Of a stretch of DNA of 64,000 nt, positions 19,800-30,298 are shown piece by piece. The DNA lies in contig OX337235.1 of the NCBI GenBank assembly GCA_946965045.2, positions 2,604,001-2,668,000 of the forward strand, read 5' to 3'. How positions within the stretch are numbered: position 1 is the stretch's first letter; each line of letters starts with the position of its first letter. The position numbers were made by a program, and so were the translations under genes. The DNA comes from Epithemia pelagica (Eukaryota; Protista; Bacillariophyta). Under the pieces are notes generated by a model. That model saw nothing but the letters and a program-made list of their open reading frames with translations, had not been told where the DNA came from and ran no database searches.

Positions 19800-21548
19800 A
19801 TGGACGACAACAACAATAAGGACACCAAAGAACCACCCACTGCTGCAGCAGCAGTAGCAGCAACCAGTGGTGCCGAAAGTGAAGAAGCAGGAAAGACTGC
19901 TGGACGAAACGATCCACCGAAAGAAACGACCACCACTCAAGCACCACCAGCACCTGCTGGAGGCACTAAAAAGGAAAAAAAGATTCCGGAAGGACTTGTC
20001 ATTCCACCCAAGAAACCCAAACTGAGCAAAGCCGAAAGAAGAGCCTTGCAAGAACAACAACGAGCCGCCAAGGCTGCAGGACAACCACAATCAAAGCAAC
20101 CACAAGAGGGAGGTGCCAAAAAGAGTGCTCCACCACCACAAGACGGCAAGCAGGCCAAAGGTGGAAAGCCCGAAACATCGTCGTCGTCCAACAAGGAGGG
20201 ATCGTTCCAATCGGAACAACCACAGGGACAAAATGGTACAATCAGTGGAGCGGCGGGCAGCTCCCTGAACCCCAACTCGTCGTATCAACATGCCTTGGTT
20301 CCCACTTTGCCTCCCTACCGTGATCCTAAGGACACGTTTGAGCACGGTGCCGTCTTGCGAGCCCATGGCGGTATCAAAGAACAGCAATATCCATGGCATC
20401 CGGCTGTGATAGCCTTGGGATACAAGTATGCGACAGGTGAGATTCGAGGAGGGAATGCCCGGTGTCGTCACATGTTGGCCTGTTTTGAAACCGTCTTGAC
20501 CGAATTTACGCCCGTCGAAGCAACCACCAACAACAAGTCGGGAGGAACCTCCACAACCACATCGGCTCCTGTCGATTATCGACACGTGTTGGATCAACAA
20601 CTTTTGAAATCGTCTTTTCAATTTTGGACCGAACATTGTCGTCCCCATTCGGTGAGTATGGGCAATGCCTTTACGGCCCTCAAGGCGGCCGTGGCATCCT
20701 TGGATCGTGCCTTGTCCTTTGAAGAAATCAAGGCTGTCCTGTTGGAGACCATTTCTGCCTATCGTCGCGAACGCATTGACTATGCCGATCGGGCCATTGC
20801 CGATTTGGCCCATCAAAAACTGTTTGCCCTACCGACGAGATCCAAACCATCATCACAACCAGAGCAAGAAGAAGAAGAAGAAGAAGTCATTTTAACCTAT
20901 GGCTACTCCGAAGTGGTGGACCTCACGCTCCGACACGCCGCCATGGCCGGCAACAGTCGCAACTTTCGAGTCATTGTGGTGGACAGTCTCCCCCTGCGAG
21001 AAGGCCGTCGCTTGTTGACCCAATTGCGGACGCATGCGCCCGACATTTCCTGTACCTACGTCATGCTCAAGGCCTTGACCTATGTGTTGGAAGATGTCAC
21101 CAAGGTCTTGCTCGGTGCTTCGGCTCTCATGAGCGATGGGTCCGTCTGGGGTCGAGCCGGAACCGCCTGTGTCGCGCTGGCCGCTCATGCCAAGCACATT
21201 CCCGTGTTGGTTTGCAGTGAAACGTACAAAATTTCCAATCGCGTCCAACTCGAATCGCTCACCGCCAACGAATTGGGTTCCCCCTATGATTATAGTGGTA
21301 GCTGCAACAGCAGCAACAGTAGAAGTAGCAGCAGCAGCCGTCCGACGGACCCCACGGAGGAACCAACTGGCGGACTCCATGGGGTTTCGGCGGCAGCCAC
21401 TGTCCCACTGGGTATGATGAAACAACTCAATTTGCTCTATGATCTGACTCCACCGGCCTTTGTGAGTGGGATTGTGACAGAACTAGGCATTATTCCACCC
21501 TCCAGTGTGGCCGTCCTCCTTCGAGAATTGAACCAACAAGAGGGATGA
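19800..21548 (+). CDS. EIF2B4: Translation initiation factor eIF-2B subunit delta
   Basis: Disordered N-terminus with KLSKAERRALQEQQRAAK; HPAVIALG...IRGGNARC; RPHSVSMGNA; ILTYGYSEVV; GTACVALAAHAKHIPVLVCSETYKISNRVQLES; LNLLYDLTPPAFVSGIVTELGIIPPSSV. Confidence 0.93.
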   Translation: MDDNNNKDTKEPPTAAAAVAATSGAESEEAGKTAGRNDPPKETTTTQAPPAPAGGTKKEKKIPEGLVIPPKKPKLSKAERRALQEQQRAAKAAGQPQSKQPQEGGAKKSAPPPQDGKQAKGGKPETSSSSNKEGSFQSEQPQGQNGTISGAAGSSLNPNSSYQHALVPTLPPYRDPKDTFEHGAVLRAHGGIKEQQYPWHPAVIALGYKYATGEIRGGNARCRHMLACFETVLTEFTPVEATTNNKSGGTSTTTSAPVDYRHVLDQQLLKSSFQFWTEHCRPHSVSMGNAFTALKAAVASLDRALSFEEIKAVLLETISAYRRERIDYADRAIADLAHQKLFALPTRSKPSSQPEQEEEEEEVILTYGYSEVVDLTLRHAAMAGNSRNFRVIVVDSLPLREGRRLLTQLRTHAPDISCTYVMLKALTYVLEDVTKVLLGASALMSDGSVWGRAGTACVALAAHAKHIPVLVCSETYKISNRVQLESLTANELGSPYDYSGSCNSSNSRSSSSSRPTDPTEEPTGGLHGVSAAATVPLGMMKQLNLLYDLTPPAFVSGIVTELGIIPPSSVAVLLRELNQQEG

Positions 21549-21726
21549 TGATAAAGATTGTGTACTAAAACTGCGGTTAAAAAGGCGTCCTTGTCTTTTT
21601 GTTGTTGGGAGAACTGTGGACCCATAGTGTCACTCGCCAATGAGTTTATCCTCCGTGGTCCTTTCTCTTCTTTTGGGGGGACAGGGACGAACAGAGGAGA
21701 GTGAAGTACCAGGCATGCACATCCCA

Positions 21727-22617
21727 TCAGGTTTCTTGCTGGTCCTTCGGCTTGGCCTCCACTAGCTGTATGGTTGTTTCCTCCTCCACCACTTGTACCA
21801 ACCGAGCACTACCACTCGGTTGTGGGGAGGAAGGGTGATTGTTCGTATTGTCGAGTCGCACTGGGGAGGAGTGCTGTTGTGAGCCCGACAACCACTCGAT
21901 GGCGGGATTGTCCTCGAGGGGGCCCACGGCCAAATGGAATTCAATGGTGGGTGGTTGTTCTTGTCTTTTATTAGGAGTGTTGTTGTTGTTGTTGTCGTCG
22001 TCGGATGATGAGGATGATAGTGACTGGCTGGTTGTGGGTGTAGGTGCTTGACTTTTTCGTTGTCGTACGGGTGGTGCTTGTGCTTGTACTTCTTGGATAC
22101 GACTTTTTATTGGTGCGTCCTGGTCCAATGCATCATCCTTTGGATCGTCCCGATTCTTGCAGTCGTCGTCGTCACCGGCAGAGACCTCTTGCAACAACCA
22201 GGAACGTTTGGGAGGACTCGACTGTCGTCCCAGGGTGTCGTCGTCGTTCTGGTCGTTTCGTCGTGGGGAGGCGGTCGTTTCTGGTTGGGAAACCAGTTGC
22301 AACTGAGCATCCAAACATGCTTGTGGTTGTTGTTGTTGTTGTTGGGATGCGACCACTAATTCTCGATTGGCCGCCTCGAGTTGTGGCAAAAATTGAGAAA
22401 TGCGAGCCAACAAGGAAGACGAGGACGACTGGTGTTCGGGTGCGGGGAATCGTGGTTTTTTCCAGGGTCGATCCATGCAAGGCATCGTCAAAGTGATTGG
22501 ATTTTCTGTATCCTCCTCGTCGTCCTTGAGAGTATCGATCCGTGGGTGGTGGTTGGTGTCGCCGACGCTGCGTTGTTGTGCCATGGTGGTGGAGAAAAAA
22601 GGGGTGCCTATCGACAA
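21727..22617 (-). CDS. NOPCHAP1/C12orf45-like (DUF4598) snoRNP-assembly chaperone with low-complexity insertions
   Basis: Two family-type motifs, SSLLARISQFLPQLEAANREL and TIEFHLAVGPL, separated by a long S/Q/N/D-rich linker. Confidence 0.65.
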   Translation of the reverse strand: MSIGTPFFSTTMAQQRSVGDTNHHPRIDTLKDDEEDTENPITLTMPCMDRPWKKPRFPAPEHQSSSSSLLARISQFLPQLEAANRELVVASQQQQQQPQACLDAQLQLVSQPETTASPRRNDQNDDDTLGRQSSPPKRSWLLQEVSAGDDDDCKNRDDPKDDALDQDAPIKSRIQEVQAQAPPVRQRKSQAPTPTTSQSLSSSSSDDDNNNNNTPNKRQEQPPTIEFHLAVGPLEDNPAIEWLSGSQQHSSPVRLDNTNNHPSSPQPSGSARLVQVVEEETTIQLVEAKPKDQQET

Positions 22618-23522
22618 AGGATATATTCGGAAGAATGCCTGGTGGGGTCGGCGACCCGAAACTGGCTACGAGTACAGACAGACGGAAGAAGGGATGCGTG
22701 CCGGAACCGTTACGACGGGTAACATGACAGAGGAGCACTCCGACTCCGAGTCCCACGAGCTGAGCACACATTCGTACTTTTTCTCCTATAGTCCGTCTGT
22801 CCGCACGTCCCATATCGGCAGGGTCGACCGACTTTTTGCGCAGATCCATTCAAACTATCAAACGGTCCGTTGGATAGCCTGCGTGCGCGCTAATTTTGTT
22901 GGCACGAGATTATGCTCCGATCATTTTTTTCGTTTGTGTGTGTGAGTTGTAATATACCGTATCCAAGATTCCGAAAAACGAAAAACTCGTTCCCCGGCCG
23001 TCGTTGTTCGTCGTCGTGGTGGTTGTCGTTGCGATTTTAGGTAGTGGCTATATTCGTCGATGGTCAGTTGGAGTTTGGAGTGTGTTGTTGTTGTGAGGAA
23101 CTTTTTGGAACACAACCCAGGCACCAAAAACTCTTTGAGATCGTCGTCATTCATCTCGTTTGGTGGTTGCGCTCCCTTTGGTGCAAGATTTTTTGGCCAG
23201 AGACGTCTTGCACCATCATCTCCAACGACGGCAATCCTTCGGAGAGTGTGGTGTCCTTGTTGGTTGTGTGAGTCGTTGCTCCGACCGTGGGGGTAATCCA
23301 AACCCAGATCCATCCGCAAAACGACAACAACAACAACCACAAGCAGGTCAAGATAAGAAGCCATTGACAATGCCGGCTCTGGACGTTGCCATTCCACAGG
23401 GAAAGGACTGTCTTGAAACAAGAAGAAGGATACAGTTGCCACAAAATCCAAGACTGGCAGCATTTGACACGACCCCAACCACCACAACAACAACAACAAG
23501 AAGGAGGAGGAGACGACCACGG

Positions 23523-25694
23523 ATGGCAGCGATGGGCCTCAGTGGGGTTCTCCAATCGGCAACCATCCTGACAGAACCAGTAGTGTCGCATCCGTCGTGG
23601 GTAGCCACCCAAACAAGACGAACCCGACACCAAGGGTCCCTTGTTCGTTCCAGATGGTGGTTCTTTGTGATTTCGGTAGTCGGTCTAATTTGCTTGTCAA
23701 CCAACGTTGAGGCCCAATCTCCGTCGTCGACACCCTCCATAACCCCGACGCGGTCCCTGGTACCCTCTGCTATCCCCACGGACAGTCCCCATCCCAGTGT
23801 CGGGCCGTCCATTCCACCGACGGCCGTACCAACGCGGTCGTCATTACCCTCTTTGACACCGTCCGTGTCGCCCACAACCTCCGTGGTTCCCAGTCCTGAT
23901 CCCACGGCCAGTGTCTCACCCTCCGTGTCTCCCTCGGTGCAACCGTCGCTTCGACCCAGTGTCCTGCCATCGCCGACTCCCACGGCCGTACCCACCACAA
24001 GTTTGGCCCCGTCACCGACCCCCAGTCGTTCGTGGCAACCAACGCAATCCGAGGCACCGTCCGGGACACCGTCGAGTCCTCCCACGACATCGCGGGCTCC
24101 CACCGAGGTTCCGTCCGTCTCGCCGTCCGCAACACCGACACGGCAACCGTCCACGGCACCCACGTCACTGCCCTCGTCCACCCCCTCCTTGACCTGGATC
24201 ACCGTCACACAGCCCCAAGTCTGGCTCGTCTTGCAAGGCTTGCAACAACGGTTGGATACGGACAAACAACAACAAGAATCGTTTGAAAATATTACCAGTC
24301 AATTCATGATGGACTCGTGGAATTCCTTACGATTGTCTCCCATTGAAATTCAGGACGTATCGACTACCTGGACGGCGCAAGAACGACTGCCCAACAACCA
24401 GAACAACAATCTTCCCCGATGGCAAGTAGAATATACCCAAACGATTACCTATGGTGTGTTGGATCCTTCCACTACGGATACCACGACACAAGCGTGGCAA
24501 GACCAATTGTTTGTCCGGCCCTTTGACCTCAACCAAGCCAGGTTTACCCAACAGCTGGGAGACTTGACGGCCAATCCCTTTGTCCTCTGGGTCGAATCCA
24601 TTGTCGTACCACGTCCTACCACGGCAGCGCCCTCCGATACGCCGTCCCAGACACCCACTTCCCGACCTTCCACATCCCCCTCGGGCGTACCTTCACCACG
24701 TCCGTCGGTGGATCCCCCACCCGACTTTTTGCGCAGTCCCCAAACCAGCAACAACAATAACAATTCGCAAGAGCGACGGACCATTGTCATTGTTGTCATT
24801 CTCATGTCGGTTTGTTTGGCCATTGCCACGGCCTATATTGTCTACTTGTTGCGCAAGGAAAAGGTCATTTTTGTCGATTCCGCCACCGGACAAACCTATC
24901 GACGTCGTCGCGTCCTTACCATGGTCCCTCCTCCTTCTTCGGGCACGGCACTTTATCCCACCGCCGCCGCCCCACCACCACCCCCACAATCGTACTATGT
25001 GGATGCTCCCAATACGGCAGCACCGCCACAACCTCTCATGACAACAACGACGACTTTGTCGAGGGACATTCCGCCTCACATGATGGTGGTCGGCGGTGGT
25101 GGTCCTGGAAGTGAGTTTTCCGATGCGGCCTTGAGTAGTGGAGGTCCCCGCATGTTGTACGTGCCGCAACAACCACAACCACCACAACTTCCTCCTCCAC
25201 CCATGACGTTGACCACCACACCACCGACCACCAGTACCACCAGCAGTAGCAATCGCAAACCAGGTCGCAAATCCATGGGGGTGGACGCATCCTCGCCATC
25301 GCAACCCTCCACGTTACGGGGGGACGCTGCCTTGGTCACGCCACCACCCCCCAAACCATTCCCAGCACGGGGACCGGCCGTCTTGAGTGCCGCCAATGTG
25401 GCCGCCTTGTCGGCCTCCACCAGTGGAGTAGGCAGCAGTCGTCGCCGTTTGGGCAGTGCCAGTAGCAGTCATCCCAGTACCACCTCGTCGGCGGCCGCAC
25501 ACCCGGTTCCACCCGTCGTCGTACCATCGTCGTCGCAGTTGGAACCCATTCCCACCACTACAACAGACAATGAGGATGCTCCGCCCTCGCCTCATCATCA
25601 TCGCACCAGTTCACGAGGGTCTACCTACGATCCGACACGAGCCTTTGAATTGTCGGGCTTTCAAATGCAAGTGCAGGATTTGGATGACTTATAG
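23523..25694 (+). CDS. Mucin-like type I membrane protein (PS/PT repeats, folded ectodomain, single TM, Pro-rich tail); start codon uncertain (23370 or 23523)
   Basis: Hydrophobic signal segment WWFFVISVVGLICLSTNVEA|QS; about 160 aa of PSxxPS/PT repeats; a non-repetitive domain; TM IVIVVILMSVCLAIATAYIVYLL flanked by RR/RK; cytosolic poly-Pro tail. Confidence 0.8.
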   Translation: MAAMGLSGVLQSATILTEPVVSHPSWVATQTRRTRHQGSLVRSRWWFFVISVVGLICLSTNVEAQSPSSTPSITPTRSLVPSAIPTDSPHPSVGPSIPPTAVPTRSSLPSLTPSVSPTTSVVPSPDPTASVSPSVSPSVQPSLRPSVLPSPTPTAVPTTSLAPSPTPSRSWQPTQSEAPSGTPSSPPTTSRAPTEVPSVSPSATPTRQPSTAPTSLPSSTPSLTWITVTQPQVWLVLQGLQQRLDTDKQQQESFENITSQFMMDSWNSLRLSPIEIQDVSTTWTAQERLPNNQNNNLPRWQVEYTQTITYGVLDPSTTDTTTQAWQDQLFVRPFDLNQARFTQQLGDLTANPFVLWVESIVVPRPTTAAPSDTPSQTPTSRPSTSPSGVPSPRPSVDPPPDFLRSPQTSNNNNNSQERRTIVIVVILMSVCLAIATAYIVYLLRKEKVIFVDSATGQTYRRRRVLTMVPPPSSGTALYPTAAAPPPPPQSYYVDAPNTAAPPQPLMTTTTTLSRDIPPHMMVVGGGGPGSEFSDAALSSGGPRMLYVPQQPQPPQLPPPPMTLTTTPPTTSTTSSSNRKPGRKSMGVDASSPSQPSTLRGDAALVTPPPPKPFPARGPAVLSAANVAALSASTSGVGSSRRRLGSASSSHPSTTSSAAAHPVPPVVVPSSSQLEPIPTTTTDNEDAPPSPHHHRTSSRGSTYDPTRAFELSGFQMQVQDLDDL

Positions 25695-25971
25695 TAGTTG
25701 ATATGGAGGGACATGTGTGTGTGTGTGGATACGATCGAGACCCATGGAGGGGTGTTCCATTGGGAATCCAGGGGACCATTCATTCATTCTACAGTAGATA
25801 GTAATTTGTAACACTAAAAGAGTTAAAAAAACGGCCATGACTTTGGTACGGTTCGATTCATGCAGCAGCAGATTGCACTGCTCCTTCACAAACACGGTTG
25901 ACCAATGACTCTATCGCGGAGCTGCTCAAAGCCTTGGACCACAACAACAACAACGACAACAACTCTGTGTC

Positions 25972-27045
25972 TTAATTGGAAACCATAGATTGTTGAATCG
26001 AAAGTGCCAATTGTCCCAACCATTTCAAGTCTCGTTGGGTAAAGGCTGACAACAATTGAGGAGAGGTCATGATCCAACACAATTGACTGGATTCGTCAAT
26101 GCGTTGCAACACGACACACCGTGGTGGTGTCACCACCAAGGATGATGACGACGACGACGAAGACGAGTCGGGCTGTGACTCGAGGACCATGGCAAAGGCG
26201 GCATGACTGGGAGGAAGCGACAGACGTCCACTTTGTGAGGCTCGACAGGTTTCCAACGCGGCCGTACAGCCCTGTGAAACTCCGTCGATCGGAGCCGGTC
26301 GGTCTCCAATCCAATACACAATCGACCCAGGTCCCAATACTCCCAGACAGGTGGCGGGAGTCAAGGACAGAACGGTTTGCGACGCCCATTCCACCCGTGA
26401 TTTCCAGGCCTGTCCTTGGTCTGTGGCGGGAACTGGAATCAACCATTGTTGTTGATAATACAGTTGTTTGGGCGCCGGTGAGGATGATGCGGTTCGGGCC
26501 GGGGACAAGGACGATCGTCGTGTTTCCAACTGTTCTTCGACCGCAGCCTGCAATAACAACAAGAGACTGTATACGACCGCCACGCCTTCCAGAAAGGTAT
26601 TGGTGTTGCTGTTGCTGTTGTTGTGTATGGCCACGTGATTCAAGGCTGTTGCCACCAACAAGACCAGGCCGGCCACGACTCGTACTCTGGATCCCTCCAA
26701 ACCAGGCACAAAAAAGCCCGACCCACGCTCAATGGCACCCGAGGGACGCACGTAGACACCGTCCTTTCTTCCCAATACACGAGGTTCGGATGTTGCTGCC
26801 GTTGCTGGTCGTCTTGAGTCTTGGTCGTCTCCGTTCCCCGAGGTCTCGTGTATGGAACTGATTCGACGGTTGCGGACTCTTGTTGTTGTCACCGAGTCGG
26901 TCTGGAGCCATTGACACGATTTTCGTGCTATTGTTTCGGAATGCCACATCTGTAAAGCGCTACTCCATGGGATTGTCAACAGGATCCATGCCACCAGGAA
27001 ACGCCGGCACAAACACATTCTAGTATGGACAGCAGGGATGGCCAT
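25972..27045 (-). CDS. CCB2/CCB4-family cofactor-assembly protein for cytochrome b6 heme ci
   Basis: Presequence, then IERGSGFFVPGLEGSRVRVVAGLVLL...LNH, two TM helices, EWASQTVLSLTPAT and C-terminal SAFTQRDLKWLGQLA. Confidence 0.7.
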   Translation of the reverse strand: MAIPAVHTRMCLCRRFLVAWILLTIPWSSALQMWHSETIARKSCQWLQTDSVTTTRVRNRRISSIHETSGNGDDQDSRRPATAATSEPRVLGRKDGVYVRPSGAIERGSGFFVPGLEGSRVRVVAGLVLLVATALNHVAIHNNSNSNTNTFLEGVAVVYSLLLLLQAAVEEQLETRRSSLSPARTASSSPAPKQLYYQQQWLIPVPATDQGQAWKSRVEWASQTVLSLTPATCLGVLGPGSIVYWIGDRPAPIDGVSQGCTAALETCRASQSGRLSLPPSHAAFAMVLESQPDSSSSSSSSSLVVTPPRCVVLQRIDESSQLCWIMTSPQLLSAFTQRDLKWLGQLALSIQQSMVSN

Positions 27046-27164
27046 GGTCGACACCCAAAGATCTCTCGTGATTGGTGATGGTGGAGACCCTTTTTAGTCC
27101 CGAGTCGCCTTTGCAGCAGCGACCGGATCGGATACCCGCGGTACTGGGCTTCTGCGAATGGGAG

Positions 27165-27181
27165 CGATTGGGGGGGTACCT
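27165..27181 (+). repeat. Left inverted-repeat motif of the MULE
   Basis: CGATTGGGGGGGTACCT; reverse complement of AGGTACCCCCGCAATCG at 32680-32696 with one mismatch. Confidence 0.6.
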
Positions 27182-27298
27182 TTGTTTGTCCGTCGTCCAG
27201 GAAAAATAAAATAGACAAAAACAAAATTCTTTTTCCATTCGCGCCGCCGTTGGAACGCATGCCCTCCTTTTCGCGCCAGCCTTTCTTTTTCAAATCTG

Positions 27299-30283
27299 AT
27301 GCCACTCACTTTTTTTGCGCAACACAACATTTCAACACTCACCATGACAACACCAAGTACTGCTATTCAAGATGATGAGGTAGAACGTGATGACGGAAAC
27401 AACCCGAGTCAATCATGGAAAGCGTCCTTGCTCTTTGACCATGTAGAGGGTTCTTGCCACCCAGTTGATTTATTCCAGTACACTGACAAAGAAAAGTACA
27501 AGAGACGCCACACAACTTCCCAACCCCTGGTGATATTTGATAGAACTCGCTTTCAAAACACACCTGAAGGACTGAACTTGCTACTGTGTGAACTGAAGAA
27601 ATCTGCTCTACTGGACGGTACAACTCTTATATCTAGGAAAGGTGGCATTGAGTTGCGATGCCATAGATGCCGAATTTACCAATCTCACAAAAAGTCTCCT
27701 ACGAATGACAATCATTTGCAGTTTGACGAGCATGGAAGAAAGAATGGTACACGCAAGCATGCATACCACAGAGACCGTGGATTTGCCCGTAATGGTGGAA
27801 GATCGTGTCCGCGGAACACAGCCACATGCCTGCCAATTTCGAAAGAAGAAAAATGCAATGTCTTTCTTCGGTTGGGCATACAAGAAGGAGAAAATGGCTT
27901 CATTTATCTCAAACAAGGTTGTGGGAACTGCATCCATACTAATCATCCACAGCCTTTCAGGGCAGAACTTGCTTTGCAAAAGCGTCACATTGGTGTTTCG
28001 ACGCAAACCTTGATACGGTCAGGTGGCAATGCAAATGTTGGGTCTACTTCTATGAGAAGTTTGATTCTAGAGCATCAAAGTGAACTGGTCTCCAAAGGGA
28101 CTGTCCATCATATTCAGTTAGAGCCTGAGTTTCTTTCCAATGCACAGAGTGACAACAACATTGCAGCAAGCACAGCCGAGAAAATGGTTTCCTGGTTGCG
28201 GGCGAAAGCAAATGATCCCACAGTGAACTTACATTATTGCTTTCTTACCTGCAGTAAAGACACAGGAGCTTTCCACAAACACTCAAAGGGTCGCTGTCCT
28301 AAGCAAGGCCGAATGCCATTGTCAGACATAGAGAACGCAATGTCTCTTACTCCATCTTACAAACTGGAAAGTGTCTTTTGCAAAGCTCGTGACAAGGAAA
28401 TAAACACTCCACTTTGTGAGGGTCCTGCCATTGATAATGACCTTGTATCTTCTGCACGACAACACATTTCTGGAGCTGACCGAATCTTGTTAGGGGCTGC
28501 CTGGGTAGATGATGCAAACTACCAGCAATTTTTGAGGTTCCCTGAGGTTCTCTTTATAGACTCGACACACAAGACCAATAACGAAGCCAGACCGCTTCTG
28601 TTACTTTGTGGCCGAGATCAAAATGGAAAAGCCTTTGTAGTGGCTAGAATATTCATGCCAAATGAGACAATTGCTTTCTACAGGTGGGTATTTCTGAAAT
28701 GCCTTCCATCTCTTTTGGGAACAGAGGCGATGCTCCGTGTAAGGCTTCTCATTACAGATGGGGATTCACAAGAATTTGATGCTGCACAAGAGGCTTGTCT
28801 GCATTTTTTCAAGAATGCTGCCAGGTGCAGATGCATGTTCCATCTTGTTCAAAAATCAGTTCAAAGGCACATTGCTCCCAGTGGTTTCAACACACCGCTT
28901 ACAAAACAGTACCTCCAGAAAGTCAAGTCTTGGGTATATAGTTGGGCTGATGGTTCAAGTTGCTTCACTGAACGACAGTACATTTTTTCAAAGGAGCTGC
29001 TTTTGCACAGGTTGCAAACTGATGATAAGATCCGAAAGGATGTACCTCTGGCCTCCATCACTGCAGTTATTGAGTGGCTGAACACAAAAGTCTTCCCGCA
29101 CGAGAACTCTTTTTGTTTTTGGAAAAAAACATACTTGAGGTGCTTAGACGAATATATGAACAATTCAGTAGAGGCAATGAACAAGTCGTGCAAGAAATCA
29201 GGTGTGTCTGCAAAGCCAAACATGAACATGGACAAAGCAGCTAATGCCATGCTTACGTACACGGAGTTGCAGTCGAGAATGAGGAGGAGCACCGAAGCCA
29301 GGAAACTTTGCCAGACCCCCATTTTCTTGGATCCTTCAATACACAATGTTTGGATTCTGCGGCAACTTTGTGATCTTGGTCAACATTTGATGGTGAATCA
29401 GTTTCAACACCGGGTCAACTACTCTGTCCTTTGTACATCACCAACATCCTTTTTGGTGCTGTTGCACAATAAGAGAGACACATGTGCTTCAACTGTAGAA
29501 CCACCTCGCTACAAGACAGCATGGGAAGTTCAAAAAGATGAAAAGGGATGGTTGAGATGCAAATGTGGTTATTCCCACCGGTATGGAATCCCGTGCAGGC
29601 ATCTGCTTGCAGTGGAGCCCAAATATGATTTGCTTGACATTGATTCCCGCTGGCTAAGATGGTATGGATACTTTGCATATCATCCAGGTCGACCAAATGA
29701 TGGCAATGATTGTTTTCATGAGAGCACAGGAATCAGGCACAAAACGGACTTGGCGATTGAAGGACCATTTCCATTCCCACTTCCTGGTTGTCAACTCTCT
29801 GCTAACCAATTTCTTGCTGTTTCCGACAGTTCTCACCTTCATTGTTGGAACTACAATGTAGCTGATTATCCACAGAAACACCGGGGATTAGCTGTTGAAA
29901 GTGGTAGTCCCGAGCTAAGTGGTAGTCCAGAGCCATCTTGTCAGATGTTTACCCAGGAGTCTACGGCACCAGATATGACTGAAGGAAATACTATACCACA
30001 GCAAGAAGAGATATTGACTTTCTCTGCACCAATTCCCAGAACAGTGTCTCAAGCTCAAGTGCATACTTTCTTCAAGGACATGTTGCCATTGTTTAACTGC
30101 CCCTCGTCTCGAAAGCGTCTATATGAAAAGCTGGAAGAAGAGCGGGACAATCAAGAGACTAGGCTTCGAGAAAAACAACCAAAGATTGGTGATAGACAGA
30201 ATGAGGTCTCATTTGTGTCAAGTAATGTTCCATTTGACAAATCCTGTGAATCGATCCAAAATACTTACCACTTTAAGAACTAG
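27299..30283 (+). CDS. MULE (MuDR/FAR1-type) DDE transposase with SWIM zinc finger, 994 aa
   Basis: N-terminal C/H DNA-binding module (LRCHRC...CGNCIHTNHP); FIDSTHKTN (D1); ITDGDSQE (D2); CMFH (CxxH); NNSVEAMNK (E); SWIM CKCGYSHRYGIPCRHLLAV. No stops or frameshifts. Confidence 0.93.
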   Translation: MPLTFFAQHNISTLTMTTPSTAIQDDEVERDDGNNPSQSWKASLLFDHVEGSCHPVDLFQYTDKEKYKRRHTTSQPLVIFDRTRFQNTPEGLNLLLCELKKSALLDGTTLISRKGGIELRCHRCRIYQSHKKSPTNDNHLQFDEHGRKNGTRKHAYHRDRGFARNGGRSCPRNTATCLPISKEEKCNVFLRLGIQEGENGFIYLKQGCGNCIHTNHPQPFRAELALQKRHIGVSTQTLIRSGGNANVGSTSMRSLILEHQSELVSKGTVHHIQLEPEFLSNAQSDNNIAASTAEKMVSWLRAKANDPTVNLHYCFLTCSKDTGAFHKHSKGRCPKQGRMPLSDIENAMSLTPSYKLESVFCKARDKEINTPLCEGPAIDNDLVSSARQHISGADRILLGAAWVDDANYQQFLRFPEVLFIDSTHKTNNEARPLLLLCGRDQNGKAFVVARIFMPNETIAFYRWVFLKCLPSLLGTEAMLRVRLLITDGDSQEFDAAQEACLHFFKNAARCRCMFHLVQKSVQRHIAPSGFNTPLTKQYLQKVKSWVYSWADGSSCFTERQYIFSKELLLHRLQTDDKIRKDVPLASITAVIEWLNTKVFPHENSFCFWKKTYLRCLDEYMNNSVEAMNKSCKKSGVSAKPNMNMDKAANAMLTYTELQSRMRRSTEARKLCQTPIFLDPSIHNVWILRQLCDLGQHLMVNQFQHRVNYSVLCTSPTSFLVLLHNKRDTCASTVEPPRYKTAWEVQKDEKGWLRCKCGYSHRYGIPCRHLLAVEPKYDLLDIDSRWLRWYGYFAYHPGRPNDGNDCFHESTGIRHKTDLAIEGPFPFPLPGCQLSANQFLAVSDSSHLHCWNYNVADYPQKHRGLAVESGSPELSGSPEPSCQMFTQESTAPDMTEGNTIPQQEEILTFSAPIPRTVSQAQVHTFFKDMLPLFNCPSSRKRLYEKLEEERDNQETRLREKQPKIGDRQNEVSFVSSNVPFDKSCESIQNTYHFKN

Positions 30284-30298
30284 AAAGACCTGACTTGT

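Noticed and set aside
22921-24265. Minus-strand ORFs 22921-23520 and 23348-24265
   Set aside because: Antisense products of the low-complexity PS/PT and (ACA)n repeats of the plus-strand mucin-like gene.
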